Virus record (IMG/VR): IMGVR_UViG_3300043444_000183
Span: 52 to 64,051 of that record
DNA from: a virus
Taxonomy: Duplodnaviria; Caudoviricetes
Direction: 5' to 3' (one strand)
Length of the DNA stretch: 64,000 nt
Position 1 is the first letter of the stretch. Every line of letters begins with the position of its first letter. The notes under the pieces are model-generated. The model searched no databases. It had not been told where the DNA came from and saw only the letters and a program-made list of their open reading frames with translations. Below, one piece after another: positions 56,603-64,000 of this stretch. A program made the position numbers and the translations under genes.

Positions 56603-59228
56603 ACAATCTTTTAGCTACACAGGTAGCTCAACATATACCATTGACAATGTAGTGCTAAGTGGAAGCGCAATTGCTTTGTTTGATTCATCAACAGGAATTG
56701 GTGGTGTTGGGTATGTGCCATATGATGGTGCATCAGTAACTGTTGTAGCTGGAGATGCTTTATCAGATTACAGAAAACTTGCCCCAACGTTAAATAATAA
56801 GCTATACTATTTGGTTTCAAATGTAGCGTATACTGCTGACGAAAAAACAACTATACTTAGCCTAGCTACTGAAATTCCTGTTGTTTATTCGGCTGGTGTT
56901 TTTACCGGGCAGTTTGTGTTTTTAAATCCAAACAACTATGAGTACGTCTATTTGTTGTGGGATTATGAAGATAAAATGGATACAGTTGCATCTTACAAAG
57001 GCATAACTGAAAGCCGTTCTATCGACATGAATTACGGCTCTAATATTGGGCGTGCTGGTATTAGTTTTAATACCATTGATCCTGATCAACCAACAAGATA
57101 CCAAGTTGAGTGGAATGGAGAGATTGTCGTTGATACTAAATATGTTGGCGTTAACTCAACAGTTAATTACGACGCTCTTATTGCGGCAGGCATTCCAGCT
57201 GATGAGATTGGATTAGTCGCTCCATACGACGGACTTGTTGACAATGGTACTGGTGTTATTGAGTTTTATAAAAATTTACCTACCGGAGAGGCAAGCTTAA
57301 TTGTATCATCTCCGTTTAGCGGATCAACATGGATAGTTAATAAAATTAGCCCATACTTAACTAGGTTGTTTATAGATACAGCACCTGGAATACCTTCTGA
57401 TGTCTGTGCTCAAACTCCTGCGGATGAAGTATGGCATAACGGCGTTGACTGGCTGCCCAATATCGGTGATCAATTGTTTGCCACAACAGATGGTTTAGAA
57501 GTTTATATTGGTGATGAATATTTACATTTAATAGACTCTCCTGCTGGCGGTTCAGCTATTTACTATATAACCACAAGCTTAACAGGAGAAGTTTTATCAA
57601 AAGAAAGTTGTACATGCTCTGAGTTTGCTGTTCCTTTTATTATTGCAGATCCAATCGCAGTAAATACTAATGTAACTGAATCTGTAATTATAGAAACTAT
57701 CAATAATCCAACATCATGGGATTTACTTGCTAGCACGTTGCCTAGTGAGGCAACTTTTTCAAGCGGAATTGTATACTTTGATAATTGCCCTGCAGGTGTT
57801 TACTCAATAACAGTTAGAGCTACCAATTGTTTTGGGACTAGCTCATCAGCTGTAATATCTGTAACCGTATCTGATCCAGGAGATATGAAGCCATTCTTAA
57901 TTGATGTTGAGCAATTTAAGGAGTCTGGATCTGATGCTTGTTTAGTTATTCCTACATTCACTCTAATGTACTTTGATGGTGATGGCTATATACCAAATAC
58001 AGTTGACGCAATTTTCTATGACTCAGAAGGAAAGCGTCCATTTATGGGTGGTAAAAAATGGTACCAAATAAATGATTCTGATTACACAATACAGATTGAT
58101 CAAAACGGAACAGTAATTGGTAAATCTACCTGTGCTGGTACAACTACAACAACTACAACAACTAGCACAACTACACTTCCTTCAGGTACATATTTTACAG
58201 CTACATCTTGTGTTGATAATACAGTAAATGTTGTATTAAGAAATTCATTAGGAACTTCAATAACTACTGGCTTAATTATAAAAACAACAGATGGCAACTG
58301 CTGGAGAATAGATGGATCAACAACAGCCACATTTCCATACTATAATGTTATTACACCTATAGTTACTTATGCAGACTGCACAGCATGTACAGGCACTACG
58401 ACAACTACAAGTACTACGACAACCACAACAGCAACTCCTGTAACTGGTTTTGATTTAGATGTAAGTGGATTTACATCAGCTAGATTAGCTTGTACATCTA
58501 CTCCTACATATGTTACTCATTACCATACAGGTACGTTTGCAGTAAACAGTTTTGTTTACACTGATGCAGGGGCTACAACATTATTTGATGGAGCTTTCTT
58601 ATGGTATCTAGTTAGAAAGTCTGGTGTAACTTATGCCTGCTTAATTGCTGATACAGGTCAAATATTAAACTTGTCAGCATGCTCAGGAGTTACCACAACT
58701 ACAACCACAACAACTATTCCTGTTAGATATTATTCAGGAACAAAGTGCGTTGGTGGTGCTGCTGTATTACTATCCTATACAGGTTTTAGTGCATTAAGTC
58801 TACCTAATTACGTAAAGGATAGCAATGGAGATTGTTGTAACATAACAGCATCTGTGGCACCTGGAGTGGTTGATGGAACTATATTGTATACGTATGGAAG
58901 CTGCTCAGAGTGTGCGGCAACTACAACTACGACTACAACTACAACGACAACTACAACGACTACAACGACAACGACGACAACTACGACGACAGCTGCACCG
59001 TTGACGCCTATTACACTGTCATACTCTTCTTCACAATCATCTGTTTGCTCAGTTCTTGATATTGATAATTATTATGTCAATGGAGCAATTGGTGTCCCTG
59101 GAAATTATATCTTTACAAACTTAGTTGGCTCAGATCCTGCGCCTGCTGGTTGGTACTTAAATTTAATTACAAATGTTGCGTATGAGTGGGACGGATCAAA
59201 CTGGACCGTCGCAAGTAAAACCTGTTAA
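56586..59228 (+). CDS. Mucin-like virion protein with Cys-bounded repeat domains and four poly-Thr tracts
   Basis: Thr tracts of 12, 12, 8 and 24 codons between repeated small domains; located in the tail module. Confidence 0.8.
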   Translation: MSSKTKQSFSYTGSSTYTIDNVVLSGSAIALFDSSTGIGGVGYVPYDGASVTVVAGDALSDYRKLAPTLNNKLYYLVSNVAYTADEKTTILSLATEIPVVYSAGVFTGQFVFLNPNNYEYVYLLWDYEDKMDTVASYKGITESRSIDMNYGSNIGRAGISFNTIDPDQPTRYQVEWNGEIVVDTKYVGVNSTVNYDALIAAGIPADEIGLVAPYDGLVDNGTGVIEFYKNLPTGEASLIVSSPFSGSTWIVNKISPYLTRLFIDTAPGIPSDVCAQTPADEVWHNGVDWLPNIGDQLFATTDGLEVYIGDEYLHLIDSPAGGSAIYYITTSLTGEVLSKESCTCSEFAVPFIIADPIAVNTNVTESVIIETINNPTSWDLLASTLPSEATFSSGIVYFDNCPAGVYSITVRATNCFGTSSSAVISVTVSDPGDMKPFLIDVEQFKESGSDACLVIPTFTLMYFDGDGYIPNTVDAIFYDSEGKRPFMGGKKWYQINDSDYTIQIDQNGTVIGKSTCAGTTTTTTTTSTTTLPSGTYFTATSCVDNTVNVVLRNSLGTSITTGLIIKTTDGNCWRIDGSTTATFPYYNVITPIVTYADCTACTGTTTTTSTTTTTTATPVTGFDLDVSGFTSARLACTSTPTYVTHYHTGTFAVNSFVYTDAGATTLFDGAFLWYLVRKSGVTYACLIADTGQILNLSACSGVTTTTTTTTIPVRYYSGTKCVGGAAVLLSYTGFSALSLPNYVKDSNGDCCNITASVAPGVVDGTILYTYGSCSECAATTTTTTTTTTTTTTTTTTTTTTTTAAPLTPITLSYSSSQSSVCSVLDIDNYYVNGAIGVPGNYIFTNLVGSDPAPAGWYLNLITNVAYEWDGSNWTVASKTC

Positions 59229-60145
59229 TGAAAACACTTAGGATGTTGTCAGCGCAGCCAGCGCTTGACTATTACGCATGGCAGATTGAGGTATGTATAC
59301 ACAACTTCGCTTCGCTAGGTTACAAAAATATTGACATAGTTGCCGGTTATCAAGATGAGATACCTGAGTCGTGGAATAAATTATACCAAACGTACAGCGA
59401 TATTGCTAGGTTCTTTTTCTATAAAGACACCATGGGCGAATGCGACTATCCGCCAGCTATACAGGCACACCTATTGCAAAAGCATTTCAAAAAGCATCCT
59501 GATCTGACAAACGATGCTATCTTTTTTCATGACGCTGACTTTGTATTCACTAAATACTTAGACTTTACACCATACCTAGATAATAATATTTGGTACTTCT
59601 CAGACACTATCTCATACATAGGCTATGATTATATCATGAGTAAGGGTGAAGAGGTGTTAAAGGCCATGTGCAACCAAGTAGGTATATCTAGAAAACTAGT
59701 TGAGTTTAATAAGGATAGAAGTGGTGGAGCTCAAAAGCTAATGAAAAACTTGACGCATCACTATTGGAAGAAAGTAGAAGAGGACAGCAAAGGGCTATAC
59801 AAACTACTGACTAGTATGCAGGACGTCAAAAAGGAAGGCGATCCAAACGGCATACAAGCATGGACGGCTAGCATGTGGGCCGAATTATGGAATGCTTGGT
59901 TTTTTGGACATCACGTAACGGTGCCAAAGAACTTTGATTTTGCTTGGGCTACATGTCCATCAAGTATATGGGATGACGTATATTTTTTCCATAATGCAGG
60001 TGTGATGAATAACCAGCAGGGTATGTTCCATAAAGCATCATACATGCATACATTACCGTTTGGTACAGATCTGACGGTAGACCCTAATAGATGTTCATAT
60101 CACTATTATGAAATGATCAAAAGCATGAAAAGCTGCTTGGTCTAA
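59228..60145 (+). CDS. GT-A glycosyltransferase, plant SERGT1/HPAT (GT96/GT95)-like peptide O-glycosyltransferase candidate
   Basis: YYAWQ, YPPAI, IFFHDADFVF (DxD), GGAQ, WTASMWA, FFHNAG; start overlaps the stop of the Thr-rich gene. Confidence 0.7.
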   Translation: MKTLRMLSAQPALDYYAWQIEVCIHNFASLGYKNIDIVAGYQDEIPESWNKLYQTYSDIARFFFYKDTMGECDYPPAIQAHLLQKHFKKHPDLTNDAIFFHDADFVFTKYLDFTPYLDNNIWYFSDTISYIGYDYIMSKGEEVLKAMCNQVGISRKLVEFNKDRSGGAQKLMKNLTHHYWKKVEEDSKGLYKLLTSMQDVKKEGDPNGIQAWTASMWAELWNAWFFGHHVTVPKNFDFAWATCPSSIWDDVYFFHNAGVMNNQQGMFHKASYMHTLPFGTDLTVDPNRCSYHYYEMIKSMKSCLV

Positions 60146-60163
60146 AATTCGTAACTTTGCTAT

Positions 60164-60949
60164 ATGGTTATAGATACGATTACTTTTTCTGACAAGTCTG
60201 AGGGATGGACTTCTAGATGGACTTATCGACCTGAGTGGATGATTGGTTTAAATAGCTCATTCTATTCATTTAAGGATGGTAATCTATATAAGCACGATAC
60301 CAATTCAAATAGAACTACATTTTACAATACAATAGGTGGGTTTTCTATATCAACTGTAATGAATCAATCACCAACAGAGATAAAGATGTTTAAGACATTA
60401 GCTCTTGATTGTACTCATTCATTAAATTTTGTTGGTTATACAGATCTTGATCAGACTGAGATGAGCATGTCTCAGTTTGTAAACAAAGAAGGTGAATGGT
60501 TCTCATACATGAGAAGACCTGTGAATGATAATAATTTGCAGTTAATATCAGCGCAAGGTGTAGGCATTATAGACTCTATAGCTGGATTTCAATTAACAAT
60601 GGATTCAGAGGTTAGTAACGCATCTACAGGTGACTTAATAATAAGTGGTATCGTTGATTCAAATAACAACATAGTAACAAATACACAGGTTGGATATGTT
60701 GTAGATGTAGTTGGAAATATAATATCTGTATCAAATAACAACCCTACTCCACCTACTCCACCTACTCCTGGATTCATAAATGCACCAACAGCAGGTAACT
60801 ACGTTTATATACTTAAAAGCTCTGTGGCTGAGTCATACGGGACTAGAGGTTACTTTCTTCATCTTGCATTATCAAGAAGTGGTGTTGATGCTACTTCAGA
60901 GATAGAGCTATTTGCTGTAAGTACTGAAGTATTCAAAAGTTTTCCTTAA
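60164..60949 (+). CDS. Tail nozzle C-terminal-like protein
   Basis: TITFSD..EGWTS...PEWMIGLN..FYSFKDGNLYKH, K.FKTL, KEGEWF; own -7 box. Confidence 0.65.
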   Translation: MVIDTITFSDKSEGWTSRWTYRPEWMIGLNSSFYSFKDGNLYKHDTNSNRTTFYNTIGGFSISTVMNQSPTEIKMFKTLALDCTHSLNFVGYTDLDQTEMSMSQFVNKEGEWFSYMRRPVNDNNLQLISAQGVGIIDSIAGFQLTMDSEVSNASTGDLIISGIVDSNNNIVTNTQVGYVVDVVGNIISVSNNNPTPPTPPTPGFINAPTAGNYVYILKSSVAESYGTRGYFLHLALSRSGVDATSEIELFAVSTEVFKSFP

Positions 60950-60958
60950 ATTTGTTAC

Positions 60959-61366
60959 ATGGAAGTTAGGTTTTTAGATGACCACGACTACGATGTATTA
61001 TCCCAATGGTGGAAGGACTGGAGATGGTCAGCACCACCTAAGGATATGCTACCACAGGATGGCCGAGGTGGGCTGATGGTAAGTAAAGACGGTGAAGATA
61101 TTTGCGCCGGATTTGTTTACTTCACTAACTCAAAGACAGCTTGGATTGAGTACATTGTGTCAAACTTTCACTATAGACAAGACGATCGCAAAGAGGCGAT
61201 AGAATTATTGATTAACTCACTTGTTGAGGTCGCTGCCGAAACAAATGGAACTAAATACTTCTACACCTCTTTAAAGAACGAAAATTTGATTAACCGATAT
61301 GCAGCATGTGGATTCCAAAAAGGGACAAGCAACTGCACTGAAATGATAAAGATATGGCAGCAGTAA
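60959..61366 (+). CDS. GNAT-like acetyltransferase
   Basis: AWIEYIVSN...R..AIELLI...LINRYAACGF; position before the ejection proteins. Confidence 0.6.
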   Translation: MEVRFLDDHDYDVLSQWWKDWRWSAPPKDMLPQDGRGGLMVSKDGEDICAGFVYFTNSKTAWIEYIVSNFHYRQDDRKEAIELLINSLVEVAAETNGTKYFYTSLKNENLINRYAACGFQKGTSNCTEMIKIWQQ

Positions 61367-62043
61367 CATCAACATTAGTAGCCTTAGGCGGGATTGGCGT
61401 TAGTGCCGCTCAGGCTATCAAATCACAAAGCCAAATGAAACAAGCTGAGCAAGCTAGTGCATTGGCAAAACAGCAATTAAAACAAATTAAAGAAACCAAC
61501 CCATTCAAGGCGCTGCAGGTGCCTACACTTGGTCTTGAGATGGCTCAACAACAACAGTCTCAACGAGAGGCTCAGATGGTTGGAGCACTACAAGGTGTAG
61601 GTGCAGAGGGTGTCATTGGTGGAATTGGTCAAGTAGCTGCAGCAGGTAACGAGCAAGACATGGCTCTTGCAGCTCAAGCAAATCAAGCTCAGTATAATAG
61701 AGATGTGGCTCAAGCTGAGGCTCAACTTGGTATTGGAGCTCGTCAAGCTGAGAGAGATTGGATGGCAGGCATTGGTGAGGTTCAAGAGCAAAATATGCGT
61801 CGATCTGAAGCTCAAGCAAATCGTAATGCTGCTATTGAGGGAGCACTTGGATTTGCAGGATCAGCAGCATCAAGTTTAGATGATATTATTGGTCTTTATA
61901 AAAAACAAGGTAACAAAGCACAACAAAGCTGGAATGCATTAACTGCTAATACAGCATATACTGCTCCAGGTGGTCCACTTACTAAAGAACAGCAAGCTGC
62001 TTATGGTCTTAGTATATTACAAGGAACAAACTACCAACCATAA
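61354..62043 (+). CDS. Ejection/internal virion protein
   Basis: G/A-rich hydrophobic N-terminus, A/Q-rich coiled coil. Confidence 0.65.
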   Translation: MAAVTSTLVALGGIGVSAAQAIKSQSQMKQAEQASALAKQQLKQIKETNPFKALQVPTLGLEMAQQQQSQREAQMVGALQGVGAEGVIGGIGQVAAAGNEQDMALAAQANQAQYNRDVAQAEAQLGIGARQAERDWMAGIGEVQEQNMRRSEAQANRNAAIEGALGFAGSAASSLDDIIGLYKKQGNKAQQSWNALTANTAYTAPGGPLTKEQQAAYGLSILQGTNYQP

Positions 62044-63527
62044 TGGCAACTAGCAATCAAAACATATTTGGCTATATTCCTACCGAGTCGGTAGATTGGT
62101 CTAAAGCATTGGGTGGTCTTTATACCACTGTCAAAGGTATTGAGGAAGGCCGCGAAGAACTGAAATTAGAGCTCGATCAGCTTAAGACTGACAACATAAA
62201 GACCGTTCAACAGGCTGATAATTTTACTAGTCAGACGTTTCAACAAATGATGCTTGGCGCGTCACAGGATGCTGTTTCAATCATAAAGTCATGGAATGAT
62301 GCACTCAAAAGGGGCGAATTAGACCCTAAGCAATATAAGCAAAACATGAATAACCTAATGGGAAATTGGGGAACTCTAGCTAATAATGTGAAAAGCTTTG
62401 ATGCCAAGAATGCAGACATTCAAAAGCAAATACAAGATGGTACATTGTCTGAATTATCAGTAGATGCTGCTGAGTATTTTGCAAGATCTGCGGATCTTAA
62501 AAACCTTAAAGTATTTGTTGATCCATCAAACGGTGGAGTTAATACAGGTAGATTAGATGCGGCAACCGGACAAGTTATTCCTGATACCATTGAAAGCACA
62601 AAAACAACTGGAGATTTAAGTAACGCCATATTTCCTAAGGTTGATCTCACAGCTGAAGTTAAAAAAGTGGTTAGTACATTTGGAGTTGTTGTTCAAGAGG
62701 ATGGAATTACTACAGTTACAGATGCCACAAAGAACCCTAGATTTGCAGCTAAATTAGCTGACCTTACTGGATCATTAACTAATAATGACAGATATGCTGC
62801 AAGTATATTAAGAAGTAGCGTAGGCGATGGGTATAAAAGTTACTACACTGAGCAAGATAGACAGAGTCTATTAATGCAAGCAGTGGAAAGACAAAATCAA
62901 ATTTTAGATTACCAAGGGAAAACAAGGTTATCTGGAGAGGAATTGGATGCGTTTCTTCAAGAAGCTGAAGGTAAATTAATTCCTATGAAGAAAGATTCTT
63001 CAGGTGTATATCAGCCAATGATCACAGATGAACAAAGAGCTAGAGCTAAAAAGGCTGTTGAGGATACAGTATTCTCTCAGATTGATTTTAAGTCATTACA
63101 GGATGATAATACAAGTAGATTATCCACAACTACTACTAAAAAAGAAGACGATCCTCAATATTATAGAATTGCCACTAATGTAATAAACGCGTGGACAGGA
63201 GGTGACGTTCAAAAATTAAATGAGCTTTCTGAAGGCAAGTATTTGTTTGAGAAAAAAGGTACGAATACATATTTAATTATTGACGCGCAGAACCCTAAAA
63301 AGGTATTTGGACCTATCACTAGTATAGATAATGCTGGTAATTTCTTTGGCGAAACAACTAATTCAACATGGGCAAGAAAATTAGGAAGAGCTAGATCTGC
63401 TGCCAAAACTCCTGCACAACCTGCCAAAATAACACAAGCTGACTTTAATGCTAAGTGGGCAAAATTAAAACCTGGGCAAACATTAGTAGGGCCTGATGGT
63501 ATAACTTATACAAAGAAAAAGAAATAG
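62043..63527 (+). CDS. Internal virion protein
   Basis: Helical 494-aa ORF between the ejection protein and the giant protein. Confidence 0.6.
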   Translation: MATSNQNIFGYIPTESVDWSKALGGLYTTVKGIEEGREELKLELDQLKTDNIKTVQQADNFTSQTFQQMMLGASQDAVSIIKSWNDALKRGELDPKQYKQNMNNLMGNWGTLANNVKSFDAKNADIQKQIQDGTLSELSVDAAEYFARSADLKNLKVFVDPSNGGVNTGRLDAATGQVIPDTIESTKTTGDLSNAIFPKVDLTAEVKKVVSTFGVVVQEDGITTVTDATKNPRFAAKLADLTGSLTNNDRYAASILRSSVGDGYKSYYTEQDRQSLLMQAVERQNQILDYQGKTRLSGEELDAFLQEAEGKLIPMKKDSSGVYQPMITDEQRARAKKAVEDTVFSQIDFKSLQDDNTSRLSTTTTKKEDDPQYYRIATNVINAWTGGDVQKLNELSEGKYLFEKKGTNTYLIIDAQNPKKVFGPITSIDNAGNFFGETTNSTWARKLGRARSAAKTPAQPAKITQADFNAKWAKLKPGQTLVGPDGITYTKKKK

Positions 63528-64000
63528 ATGGAAAACGAGTGGACACCCCCTAGCGATGCAGTAGAAGTAAAAGGATCATCTAGCTTTGTTCCCCCTTCAG
63601 ATGCTGTTGAAGTAGTAAAAAAAAAAGATCTTACGGGATCTGGATTGGAAGAACCTTCATCGGAGCGCTTAACCACAACGACAACAAAGGCTACGGTATC
63701 TTCGTCTTCAAAAGGAAAACCTGATGGTGTATACTCATTCCCTGGCCAAGATAATGCTATATACAAAAAAGAAGGCAACCAGTGGTTTAAGGCATCAAAG
63801 TCTGACTATAAATACTTCCCACTATCTAAGGGTGACGTTCAAGGACGTATTGATTCATTAGAAAAAAATGCTATCTCGTTAGAGCAGTATGGTTTTGAGA
63901 CAGAGCCAAGAAAAGAAAAGCCGCTAAAATACACAGCAGCTCCTGCACCCGCACCTATAGCAAAGCCAAAAACTGAGGCACAGAAAAGAGAGCAAGAGTT
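63528..64000 (+). CDS. N-terminus of the giant virion protein
   Basis: ATG directly after the upstream TAG; MENEWTPPSDAVEV...; open to the window end and in frame with 3-9338. Confidence 0.85.
   Translation, partial: MENEWTPPSDAVEVKGSSSFVPPSDAVEVVKKKDLTGSGLEEPSSERLTTTTTKATVSSSSKGKPDGVYSFPGQDNAIYKKEGNQWFKASKSDYKYFPLSKGDVQGRIDSLEKNAISLEQYGFETEPRKEKPLKYTAAPAPAPIAKPKTEAQKREQE
63865..64000. repeat. Terminal direct repeat, copy 2
   Basis: Matches 1-136. Confidence 0.97.

Noticed and set aside
58920-58991. Microsatellite or CRISPR-like repeat
   Set aside because: Mixed ACA/ACT/ACG codons encoding poly-Thr, with no spacers; no CRISPR array was seen anywhere in the window

Overview
The window holds what looks like the complete, circularly permuted genome (63,864 bp) of a lytic, podovirus-like Bacteroidota phage. 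Bases 1-136 recur at 63,865-64,000, and host-type TAnnTTTG promoters occur throughout. The leftward arm (about 9.3-28.4 kb) carries early and replication genes: many small ORFs, a phosphoesterase, VRR-NUC, SF2 helicase, VirE-type primase-helicase, SSB, exonuclease, RadC and a candidate origin. The rightward arm (about 28.9 kb round to 9.3 kb) carries GroEL/GroES, head spike/fibre genes, a lysis cassette, terminase, portal, scaffold, capsid, tail proteins, ejection proteins and a ~3,224-aa polyvalent protein spanning the junction. I recognised no DNA polymerase, RNA polymerase, integrase, canonical tRNA or CRISPR array. Most notable: (1) a mucin-like, poly-Thr virion protein coupled to a GT96/GT95-like peptide O-glycosyltransferase inside the tail module; (2) a helicase fractured by a naturally split intein around an out-of-frame Vsr-like endonuclease; (3) a hidden coding layer in the giant protein (an A10 slippery site opening a -1 frame, plus three nested +1-frame ORFs in linkers); (4) several structured RNA candidates (a 125-nt tRNA-like RNA, an antisense pseudoknot sRNA, pseudoknot/kissing-loop terminators and a ~420-nt structured early leader). 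All family assignments come from motif recognition by eye; no database search was run.
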